Source: Raja brachyura
Taxonomy: Eukaryota
DNA length: 64,000 nucleotides
Assembly: GCA_963514005.1 (NCBI GenBank)
Contig: OY740821.1
Span: 14,260,001 to 14,324,000, forward strand
Reading direction: 5' to 3'
Below, piece by piece: positions 39,990 through 50,765 of the stretch. Under the pieces are notes generated by a model. It had not been told where the DNA came from. It did not search any database and saw only the letters and a list, made by a program, of their open reading frames with translations. The position numbers were made by a program, and so were the translations under genes. Each line of letters opens with the position of its first letter. Position 1 is the first letter of the stretch.

Positions 39990-40520
39990 CCTCATCGCCG
40001 CTATTTATTGACGTGACGTCAGCCGGCGGAGCTGAGCGCCTGCGTGCGGCGTCCAATGCATGCTGGGGCTTGTAGTCCGTCTTTCTTGTACAGGTTCTTG
40101 GGTTTCCCCCCCCCCCCCCCCCGTTGTACACGACTGATTCAAAGAACCTTCCAATAGAGTCCTAAACCTGCAAATGTTGAGATTCCGAAATTTAAAAAAA
40201 CGAAAATGCTCAGATCAAGCAACACGTGTGGAGAGAGAAACAGATAATTCACGTTTCAATTCATGAGAACTTGCAGTGTTAGCAGTGAAATGCACACTCG
40301 CAAACGTCATGTCAAGTTCTGACCGTCAGCACAGGTAAACAATCACTCATTCATGACACGTGGCTGTAAGTGTGTAAAGAACGATGTGGGAATTCGCACA
40401 CCCTCGCCCGCCGGCTACGCGATTCCACTGTGGGGGAAAAGTCACCTCGTGTACACGGCATTTTTTGTTGTTTCCTATTTGAACGATTTGTTGTCCTGTT
40501 GGCTGCCTCAGAGTTAAGTC
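39990..40520. promoter_or_regulatory. Bidirectional promoter between CSRNP2 and the FAM186-family gene
   Basis: Full CRE TGACGTCA 40014-40021 with overlapping TGACGT 40009-40014; TATA/MEF2-like ctatttattg 40001-40010; NRF1-like gcgcctgcg; CCAAT 40053-40057; ZNF143-type GGACTACAAGCCCCAGCATGC on minus strand at 40058-40078. Confidence 0.75.
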
Positions 40521-40521
40521 C

Positions 40522-40647
40522 ATGGACAGTTGTGAGGGGACCCGCGACACTGTTCCGATGGCCAGGGGAAACGTTTGCGAACTCTCCATCGCAGTCAAGC
40601 GGGCTATCGGAAAAATCGAGGCAGCACAGCTGGTTCGTGCAAGACAG
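40522..40647 (+). CDS. FAM186A/B-family protein, exon 1
   Basis: MDSCEG..LSIAVKRAIGKIEAAQLVRARQ|gtaaaa (phase 0); resembles FAM186A SVKDIISRIERAQLHRARE as recalled. Not in the ORF track. Confidence 0.8.
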
Positions 40648-41218
40648 GTAAAATAATTACCAGCGGAAAATGGGATCAGTTTTCAAGTGAGAATAAAAAC
40701 ACTTTTCTTTTCATGTCATCCCAAATTTAAAAGAATGATTTCTGACTTACCTTCGTAATGACATCTATTTTCGACTAAACGCCCAGCGATGGTTTTCAGC
40801 ACCTTTGTGCCATTGTAACATATTATTCTAAAGGAGTATTCCTTGACAGGGTGAAAAAAGATGAATATAACGCTACCCCCACCAGCGTCCAAACAATATT
40901 TATATCTCACGGGTTAATACTCCTGGTGAGAGCGATCAGCGAAGTTCCACTCGTTACAGCTTCAAAACCAGTGAGCGCGAGAATTTTAGTCGGTCCACCC
41001 GTTTCAGTCTCTATGCGCCCAGTGAATTTCTCCGATTCACTCCTGCCTTCACCTCGCGTCCATTAATCTCCGTGTCGCTCCGAAAGCAAAATACCGATGC
41101 TCCGATGCTCGAAATCTGAATTTAAAACAGAAAATGCTGAAACTACGGCATCAGGCCGTTCAGTATATGTGAAGCAACAGAATTAACGTTTAGGGTCAAT
41201 TAACTTTCATCAGAACTA

Positions 41219-41362
41219 GATAGACACAAAATGTTGGAGTGACTCAGCGGGACAGGCAGCATCTCCGGAGAGAAGGAATGGGTGACGTTTCAGACGACTG
41301 AAGAAGTGTCTCGACCGAAACGTCACCGATTTAAACCAGCAACTGCAGTTCTTTCCGACACA
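41219..41362. mobile_element. Inverted-structure Penelope-derived element with 14-bp TSD
   Basis: tttcatcagaacta at 41205-41218 and 41363-41376; internal ctgaagaagtgtctcgaccgaaacgtca. Confidence 0.8.
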
Positions 41363-42925
41363 TTTCATCAGAACTATCCAGTTTATCTCTCCACATAAGC
41401 TGCCAGAGCTGCATAGTTCATATGTCAGAGGAGCAGAATTGGGCCATTTGGCCCATCTAGTCTGCTCTACCATTCAATCATGGCTGATCTATCTTTCCCT
41501 CTCAACCCCATTCTCCTGCCTTTTCCCCATAACCCTCGACACCCTTACTGATCAACAGTATTTCTAGCATCATTTTTATTCCCCTAGCTTCTCCGTCACT
41601 GGCACCATTTCAACAAAATAAAAGGGCAGAGGAATGGTCCCAACACCAAATGTCGTCTGTCCATTCCCTCCAAAGATGATGCGTTGCCCACTGAATTCCT
41701 CCAGCATTTTATGCTTGATAAAATTAAAACATACATATCTGACAACAAAGGATTCTTCTATTCAAACTCAAAGATTATAAAGTGCACAGCAGAGTACAAG
41801 GATTTTTTTTTAATGTAACAAATAATATCCCTCTTCCTGCGATTCTGTATTGACTATGATCAAGAAGTTAACATGCATTCAACTTTCTGTCAAGTTTGAG
41901 GAAAGGGGCTTAGTGAACTTCAGAGTTGGGGCACTAGCAGCATGATTTGTGTCCACTTTGTATGAAAGCATGATTGGCAAACATAATTTTTCCCACTTTT
42001 TCTCCATTCTCATTTCCTTACAACATGGGAGGCTTTTTGGCCCCTCAAAGCAGAGAAAAAATGATCTAATCTGTTCATCCTTGGATGTACCCTCACATTT
42101 CTGGGATGATCGTTGTAAATCTCTTCATCCTCTCCAGTGTCCTTTACCCTTTTGTATATGGTGACCAGTGGTCACCCTGTGGTCTAACTATGATTCCATA
42201 CAGGAACATCAGTGCACCTGCCCAGCATTTGTAGTAGGTACACACCATAATCAGTGAAAAGATCTGAAGCGATTAAAAAAAAAACTATGCTTGACCCTAG
42301 CTACGACACCAATTCACCTGTATGTACCCCATTGTGGACATTGGATTTTGTCTATGGAACTGGAGTGCTACAATGCACTGCAGTGCTGAGAACTATATTC
42401 TGTACTCTGTATCTTCCCCTTTGCGCTATACTTGAGTTTGACTTGATTGTATTTATGTATGGGAAATCTGATCAATTTGGATAGCATGCAAAACAAAGTG
42501 ACACATGACAACAGTAAACTTAAACCTATAAATGCAAGTAATTCTTTAATGAAATATAATTACTTTATTTTTTAATTTTGATTGATTAAGGTTTATTTAA
42601 ATAGGGACAGATACAAAGACATAGATACACTTGAAACAGTCATCTGATGTATGCTTCATAGTGTTTTTAGCCAAAGCTAATTCGCAACACTTGTCCCTAG
42701 TAGGGCTTTTGGTTAAAAATGATAATACAGATTAACATTATTAAAAATAGGAAAATGGAAATGGAAATTAATACCAGAGACACAGGTAGGATAAGGGACG
42801 TGATTTGGGGGTCCCTAAAACTAATGGCTTTGATTGAGATTTCAAACAAAATGACCAAGATTTATTGAACCATTTGCTTACACATTTAACTCCTTTTGAT
42901 CTCTCCTTTTAATATTTGCCAACAG

Positions 42926-43136
42926 GAAGTTGCGGACCGCTTAAAAGACATTTTGGAAAAAGTTAATTTTGCACTGAACAACGCAAGATGCGACCACCAC
43001 CAAATGCGAAAAGTCTCCTTTGCCTCTGAGGAAAAGGAAAGGGAGTGGTTGACAGATGCAATCACGGAGTTTGCAACTAGCACAAGCATCAAAGAGGAAA
43101 TCCTAAAGTTTATTCTCCAATGGCTGTCAGACAGCA
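42926..43136 (+). CDS. FAM186-family exon 2
   Basis: aacag|GAA GTT ... AGC A|gtaggt (phase 0/1); EVADRLKDILEKVN..IKEEILKFILQWLSD. Confidence 0.82.
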
Positions 43137-43200
43137 GTAGGTGATGAATATAAACTTGATAGTCTTCAGTGGCTTTACACACAAATGAAGCAATTTTAAC

Positions 43201-43343
43201 TTCTTCTTCTTCTTGAGTATGGCGTGCACAGCCTAAAGTTGTAGGACAACTTGTTCTATTTGATCTTATTTGATTGTGCATGCCGGGTTGATTGCATTCG
43301 TCGAAACAGGGCGGACCACGTGAAGGTTGCAATCATCCACCCC
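43201..43343 (-). mobile_element. ~140-nt ribozyme-headed retroposon, copy 1
   Basis: (GAA)n tail; TSD aagcaattttaac 43188-43200 and aagcaatttaaac 43344-43356; homologous to 59868 and 61352. Confidence 0.88.
43289..43343 (-). ncRNA. Minimal HDV-like ribozyme (predicted)
   Basis: P1 GGGGUGG/CCGCCCU, P2 UGAUUGCA/UGCAAUCA, P3 ACC/GGU, L3 UUCACGU, GU, UUCGA in place of P4, J4/2 CGAA. Confidence 0.8.
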
Positions 43344-43537
43344 AAGCAATTTAAACTAATTTAGGGAACTAACAGGATTGTGTATAATATTGGTTTTACT
43401 CTTTGTCCAACTTGACATGCTGCTCTACTTGTCTTTGGAACATTTGTTGGGACATTGTAGACAGCTTGACTGTCTCTAACGTAGTTTTTTTTTTCTAGAG
43501 TGAGCTTGATTCTCTATTTAACTTTTTTTATTTTGCT

Positions 43538-43798
43538 NNNNNNNNNNNNNNNNNNNNNNNNNNNNNNNNNNNNNNNNNNNNNNNNNNNNNNNNNNNNNNN
43601 NNNNNNNNNNNNNNNNNNNNNNNNNNNNNNNNNNNNNNNNNNNNNNNNNNNNNNNNNNNNNNNNNNNNNNNNNNNNNNNNNNNNNNNNNNNNNNNNNNNN
43701 NNNNNNNNNNNNNNNNNNNNNNNNNNNNNNNNNNNNNNNNNNNNNNNNNNNNNNNNNNNNNNNNNNNNNNNNNNNNNNNNNNNNNNNNNNNNNNNNNN
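43538..43798. other. Assembly gap (261 N)
   Basis: Run of n. Confidence 1.
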
Positions 43799-44464
43799 AT
43801 TAAGAGTAACAAAAACATTTAAACATCCCCTGTCCAAGCTGCAGTCCCACCAGTCACAGATGGTCTCCAGCGAAACTGCAGAAAATGTGTGCTCCCAGCC
43901 CAGGGACATCTGGGCACAAGCATAACCTCAATGGGCAGCTAGTCATCACAGTTGGAACATCCAGCTCCTGCTGCCTGCACATGCAAGTGGCCGCCTTGGC
44001 CAGGACAAGAAGCGGACTAATGAGGAGATCCCATGACCAATTAGCCTTGGCATTAAGGCTTACTCCTCCAATGGAACATCCATTCCCATGTTCCAGCCTC
44101 GCAGAAAGTCAGAGTGCACTCCTTCAGTGGAGAAGCATTCTAATGGAGTAAAACATGTCCAAGACTCTGAAACGGTCTTGGTAAAAGACAGGCAACGTCT
44201 TAGGAGAGGAATGGGTCATGCATATCTACGGTATTTACACATCACCCTGAAAGCAATGCCCATAAAGGCAGTGCCCCCTGCAAAAAAAAATGTTACCAGA
44301 GCACACCATCTGGGAGGATGTTTACAGGTGTTTCTAAAGAATCGAATGGTAGAGAATCGAAATCTGGGGAAGATCAGAACCGTGACAGAGACCATGCTCT
44401 ATCCCCAGTAGAATCTGAATCTTGAGAACAAAAGCAGGGGGTAAGATGGGGAGAGGCAAGAAGG

Positions 44465-44700
44465 AGTGTGAGCTTCATCTGTGTCTCACCTGTGCTCTGG
44501 GAGTGTTTGATGGGATCAAAGCTTTACTGTGCGTCTAACCTATGCTGTCCCTGCCCTGGGAATATTTGACGAGCATAAATAGAGCTTAACTCTGGATCTA
44601 ATTCATGCTGGCCCCAGCCTGGAAATATATATATAAAATTGGCAGCATAGTGGACGCTTTACTCTGCATTGCACCTTCTGCGCTATGTGACCTATCAGTG
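44465..44700 (+). repeat. Degenerate ~60-bp minisatellite, 3-4 units
   Basis: Recurring gctttactntg..tctaac..tgctg..cc.gccctgggantrtttga. Confidence 0.65.
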
Positions 44701-44879
44701 CTCGACAGTGATGTTGCTTAGTTTTGAAAGCATCTAGCTCGTCACATGTACTGCATCCTTTACCTGAATAGGCTCAAAAGGAACATTGAAGTGTGATAAT
44801 TTATCCTGAAACATATAGCTAAATGCAATAGCCTGGTGTTTTGGAAAAATTAATTTAATGTTATTCACGTGATATGCAG

Positions 44880-45074
44880 ATCAAATTTTAATTGATGAAG
44901 AAGAGATGGAGGAGGATGAAGAACTTGAGAAATTGTCAACAGAATGGATTGCGGAAGTTAACTTGAAGGTGCAATCAAGCCTGGCTTCCTCCCAAACCTG
45001 CATAGATTATTTATATTTCCTATCCAAAGCCCTGTTTCGCCTTCAACATAGACATTTAAAATCAAAATCAACAG
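44880..45074 (+). CDS. FAM186-family exon 3
   Basis: tgcag|AT CAA ... ACA G|gtaaat (phase 1/1); QILIDEEEMEEDEELEKLSTEWIAEV. Confidence 0.8.
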
Positions 45075-45619
45075 GTAAATTTAGAGAGGTGTTTGTTTCT
45101 GCTTTGTATCCCAGTGTCCACTTCTACAGTGTTGAGATCTGGACAATCATTGATTTAGCATTGGATGTAAAATGGAGGGGATGGTAAAGAGTATCGGCAG
45201 CAAGCTGCCAAAAGTGACCTTTTTATTTATAATCTAATGTTTCAGAGAATTTCTGTATATAATGACCATGAAAGATTGTAATTGACACTTCAACCCCCAG
45301 ATCCCTCTGCACCAGAAACCCACAGTTCATCGAAGGTTACACACTCCCAAAATATGAATGCAATGTCTTTGGATTATGGCTAACATTTTGGAAATTGCCA
45401 CGGAACTGTGCAGATACAAACAAGCCTCAGCTCGTCATAACATGCTGGATCAGGCAGCAGTCTTATGCGGAGAACCCCTAACTAAGACGAGAGTGTTTTC
45501 ATTGGGGCTGCTCCATTGAAGGGTTCTTTGGAAATCATGTCATGCATTGTGACAATGGCAAAGCTAATAATCTCAGTTCATTTGTTAATTTTGTTGAAAA
45601 TGTTAAAGAGACTAAACAC

Positions 45620-46600
45620 AGATAAAGCGGGACACAGAAGAGGCCACCCCCATATACATTGATGGTGCCAAAGTAGAGATGGTCGAAAACTTCAGGTTCT
45701 TCAAATATCACCAGCAATTTGTCCTGGACCAGCCACATCTAAACAATGGCCAGGAAAGCATATCAACACCTCTACTTCCTTAGAAGGCTCAGGATGTTCA
45801 GCATGTCCCCAACAACTCTCACCAACTTCTAAAGATGCTCCGTAGAAGGCATTTTATTGAGATGCATCACAGCATTGTTTGGAAACAGCTCTCCAAGACA
45901 GCAAGTAATTGCAGCATTGCGCCCAGACAGTCAAGAGTATATATTAATAATTATATAATACCCCCAAGTCTATATAGTTTGGAGCCAATTTGAAGGTTGT
46001 AATGTTTTATAGCCTGATGGTTGTAGGGAAGAAGTTGCTCCTGAACATTACAGCTTTCAGCCTTCAATACCGTCTTCTTGATGACAGGAGTGTAATGAGT
46101 GTGGCCATGGTGGTGTGGGTCTCTGATGATGCTGACTGTTGTTTTGAGGCAGCGACTCTTGTAGATCCCTTTGGTGAGGTCAGTATCCGTGATGGACTAG
46201 GCAGTGTTCATCACTTTTGCAATATTTTTAATTCCTGGGCGTTCAAGTTGCCAAACCAGGCCATGATGCAACCAGTCAATACGCACTCTACTGTACACCT
46301 GCAGAACTTCAACAGTTGACACACCAAACCTCCCCAATTTTCTAAGGAAGTAGAGGTGTAGGTCGGTTTTCTTTATGATTGCATCAATGTGCTGGTTCCA
46401 AGACAGTTCAGAAAGAAGCAGGCTCAGGAATTTGAAGCTTTTGACTTTCTCCACCGCCATCCAGTCAATGAAGACAGGTTTGTGGATCCTTGTCCTTCCT
46501 CTTCCAAAGTCTACAACTAGTTCATTGAGAGCAAGGTTGTTGTTCTGACACCATTTGGTCAGTCGATCAATTTCCCTCCAATACTGCGATCACTCACCAG
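45620..46600. mobile_element. Two Rex1/Babar fragments in opposite orientation (plus about 45620-45930, minus about 45990-46600)
   Basis: VEMVENFRF..LSWT..HLYFLRRL on plus; VEKVKSFKFL..LSWNQHIDAIIKK..LYFLRKL on minus. Confidence 0.7.
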
Positions 46601-46918
46601 CAAGAATGCACTCCTGACCTCCCATTTACCTCATTGGAGACCTTTGATCTTTAATTGGACTTTATCTTGCACAAAATGAAATGCCCATTATCCTGTATCT
46701 GTACACTGTGGACGGCTTGATTGTAATCACGTATAGCCCTTTCATTGACTGAATAGCACGCAACAAAAAGCTTTTCACTGTACTTCGGTACACGTAAAAA
46801 TAATGAAATAAACTAAAATACCAAGCCAACCTAAAATACCAAGGATTTGCCAAATGGCTTGAATATTTCAGAGGTTGACCAATTCCCTTAAAGCACAAGA
46901 AAATTGCTTTATTTATTC

Positions 46919-47136
46919 CAGGGGTTCCCAAACTTTTTCGTCCCGTTTACCCCCCTGGCAACTTTTGGAAAGTAAATGATCCCCACCCTGTTTTGTTCAG
47001 TAATTTGTGTTTACACTTCTACCATAATAAAGCAACCGACAAAGGGGACATTTAAAAATACTGTCTTTTAACAAATCCAGAATCAACAAATTTACCTCCT
47101 GGGTAGGCGAAATTTACCCCAGGTTGGGAATCCTTG
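46919..47136. mobile_element. hAT (Charlie-type) MITE
   Basis: TIRs caggggttcccaaact and aggttgggaatccttg; 8-bp TSD atttattc/atctattc. Confidence 0.8.
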
Positions 47137-48856
47137 ATCTATTCCTTTCTAAGATTTTGCAGGAGTAGCAAGGCACAATGCTGGACATGGAGTGGTCACT
47201 GGACAGTCAATACTGATGATGAAATAATGGGAATATGATAATTGTGACAGATGTTAGACACACTTCCTTCACCTCTGTCCTCTGCTTTGACTAATTATTT
47301 TGAAGAGGACAAGGATAGTTCATGCAAAAGGTTTTGATTGACTGTATTTTTGCAAGAGAGAACTATTACTTTGCAGTCAATATGACTGTTTAAACGCAGA
47401 AGTGAAATTGGCTGTTCCCTTATTTATTCCAAGACAAATCAAGTATTATGGGACATATTACACTTGATGTTAGATTCATAGTCCTGATTTAAAGTTAACA
47501 AATATATTATTGGACTTAATGTTAAATTCTATTATGAAGGCATATTCTGATGGTTCCCCCCCCCCAACCCTCCCTCCTTTTTATTTTGTGGAGATAGGTT
47601 GATTCCTGTCCAGTCCCTTATTGGGATATGCGTAGGAGGGAACTGCAGATGCTAGTTTACATAAAGGATAGATACATAATGCTGGAAAAGCAAAAAATGC
47701 TGTAACCTGGCAGGCTCTGAAGAAAGTTCTTAACCCAAAACATCATCCATTCATTCCTTCGATCCAGATATGCTGCCTGTCCCTGAGTTTCTCCAGCATT
47801 TTATGTCTATCCCTAATTGGGATAGACCACTTACAAAATAGTGTAGCCTTGTGGCTTACATTAAGTTGTACAGCATGCACCACTGATTTAATATAAAAGC
47901 AGAACATTGGAAATACACAGCAGGTTTGGAAACACATGTGGTGGAAGAAACAGATTAACATTTCAAGTCCAAATCCTTTCACTTAACATGAAGCACACTA
48001 CATGGAAAGCATGAGAAAATATGCATGTGTAATTGGCATCCTTAACAAGCCTTTAAAAAGCTATCACCTGGTCTGTTGCATCAAATTGCTCCCCGGAGTA
48101 ACATGGTTCTAAAGGGCTCCAATTCCATACAGGTTAAAGTATCAAATTACCACACACTAATAGATAGTCATGAAATCAGCGCAACTCAAATTAAAGAAAG
48201 AACTTCAAAAACAACTAATACTCAGCATGTGGAGATAATCATTAAGATGCCAATTAGTGCACCACCTCGGCTGGAGGGAAGCCTTCTTGAACTGTTTCAC
48301 AATTTGACACAACCAAAAGGTTAGTTTTGTGTGAAACTACCGGTTTCCTTGAGTCAAACATTGTTTATGTTCGGCTTGTTCCGTGGTGATTGCTTTTGTT
48401 TTCCACTAATATTTAGGGGTTTTTTTTCATTTAAATTTTTTTTTTTATGCATCTATTGCGAACTGTGTTTTCAGATCTGTTCTGCTGCTACAAGTACGAA
48501 TCTCCGTTACATGTGAGAATTAAACACTCTTGACTCTTAAATCAGTAAATAAACCTGAAATACTGCAGATGTAAAAGAAAAGCTGAAAAAAAACAATTCT
48601 GATTGTGCACAGTCGGCGAGGCAGTGTATGTGGAGAGGGAAACGTTACCACAGTGCTACTGTTCCTGACTGCAGTAATATTAAGACCTTACAAAAAAACT
48701 ACAAGACAGATAACATGATGCAAAATATGATTTTTTAATTGTAATTTGTAAAAGACAGTCGGCATACTCGTTTTGCGAGAAGCGGCTTAAATTAAACAAC
48801 ATATTTTACACTTATAACTTAGTAACATTTTCTACCTGTTATAACGACGCTCCTGT

Positions 48857-49007
48857 ATAGGAAGGAACTGCAGATGCTGCTTTAAACCGAAGATGGACAC
48901 AACATGCTGGAGCAGTCTGAGGAAGGGTCTCGATCCGAAACGTCACCCATTCCTTCTCTCCAGAGGTGCTGCCTGTCCCGCTGAGTTACTCCAGCTTTGT
49001 GTGTCTG
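48857..49007. mobile_element. Inverted-structure Penelope-derived element with 15-bp TSD
   Basis: taacgacgctcctgt 48842-48856 and taacgacgcccctgt 49008-49022. Confidence 0.8.
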
Positions 49008-49400
49008 TAACGACGCCCCTGTTGCGAGCCACCTTCTGCGGTCATTCCTCAGCGGGGATTGATGGTCCGGAGTGAAGCGGTTACTTCGCGCTCTCATGCA
49101 CAAGGGAAAGATGTGGCCTCGACGATCGGCCTGGCCTGGCCTGGCCAGTCGTCTGCCTCTCGAGGGCAGGGACCTCTGCAAACATTCCATCATTTTTCCC
49201 GCTCTCCCGAAAGCATTGGCCGCACCACCCCTGCCGCGCGCGCCCACGTGCCCCTTCCCCTCCGATGCCGCTCACTGCTGCTGCTCCTTTCCCCAGTCAC
49301 AGAGCGTCCCAAAGTCAGTGCCCACGTCAGGGACGGAGCGAGGCAGCACTCGGCGCTGTTGATCGTGGGTGAAACAAAACAAAATCCTGGCCACACTTGT

Positions 49401-49430
49401 CTGAAGAAGGCTCCCAAGCCGAAACGTCAC
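49401..49430 (+). ncRNA. Minimal hammerhead ribozyme-like core in a Penelope terminal repeat
   Basis: CUGAAGA-A-GGCU ccca AGCC-GAAAC-GUC; helix I is only about 2 bp. Confidence 0.5.
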
Positions 49431-49502
49431 CAACCCATGTTCTCCAGAGATTCTGCCTGACCCCCTGAGTTACTTCAGCACTTTATCTTTTGGGTATGGC
49501 CA

Positions 49503-49740
49503 TACATAGAAACTAGGTGCAGGAGTAGGCCATTCGGCCCTTCGAGCCTGTACTGCCATTCAATATGATCATGGCTGATCATCCAACTCAGTATCCCGTA
49601 CCTGCCTTCTCTCCATACCCCCTGACCCCTTTAACCACAAGGGCTACATCTAACTCCCTCTTAAATATAGCCAATGAACTGGCCTCAACTGCCTTCTGTG
49701 GCAGAGAATTCCACAGATTCACCACTCTCTGTGTGATTCC
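49503..49740 (-). mobile_element. Young CR1 3' end
   Basis: Same 3' UTR as the 54114 copy. Confidence 0.88.
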
Positions 49741-50765
49741 CCCTTATACTTATTCCCCCTCATCCTATACAAGAGGCTGCTGCCGATGTTGGCAGTCAAT
49801 TCACTATGCCTCTGCAGATGCTGTCTGACTCGTTGAGTTCCTCCAGCAGTTCGAAAATAAGTATCGGATTGCAGAATCCGCAGTTTCCACAAACGAGTCA
49901 ATTTAAGTCATTGACGTGTCTCCCGTGTCCACAAAATGTGCCGTGCGGTCAACTGGTTATTTCTGAAATGCCATCACTGTTTATAGTTCAGTATGCACAC
50001 TATATGCCACACAGATATGGATCATGTGTATACAGGTGAGATTACTTTATCTTGGCGGACAATATGGCCTGTTCATGTGCTGTACCTTTCTATGTTCTAA
50101 AACAGGAACCTGATTAAGGGCAATCATGAATGAATGAATAAGTTTATTGGCCAAGTATTCACAAACAAGGAATTTGCTTTGGTGCTCCGCCCGCAAGTGA
50201 CAACGACATTCAGTGACAGTTAGGAATGACACATAAAACATTAAACATTAATAATAAAACATTATTGATTAAACATGTGAATACCAGAGCAAAAGGAGGC
50301 TACAGATTTTTGGTTATTGAGTAGAGCTAGTAAATCATAATCATATCTAGTAAACTGTTTTAAAATGTCTTTGGTCGGGGATAAATGTTAGCTTCAATAC
50401 CTCGATTCCTTGCAGTTCCTTCACAATGCATCCAGGAATATTTTCAATCCGTCTGAATGAGAAGGAGAGGATTCAGTTGAATATTTTACACCCTCCCCAA
50501 TATTGCAGTTCCTCATTACTGAGCTGTCCCATCAGCCCATGATGGTCAGCGAACACCTGGACGGAGGACCTGGTGCTCTCACCGACCGTCGATGGTGTTA
50601 AAGTCGGTCTGCGCACCCATTGTCACGAGATCACTGACATACAATTTCATTTTAAAGAAAGACTTGTATTGACATAGCATCTTGACTTTAAATAAAACAC
50701 TGTCAAAATGTCTTGGACCATAATGACATGCAGAGTGATTGGTTTTACACTCTGATTCTTTCCAG

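Noticed and set aside
43500-43925. ORFs containing X runs
   Set aside because: Artefacts of the assembly gap
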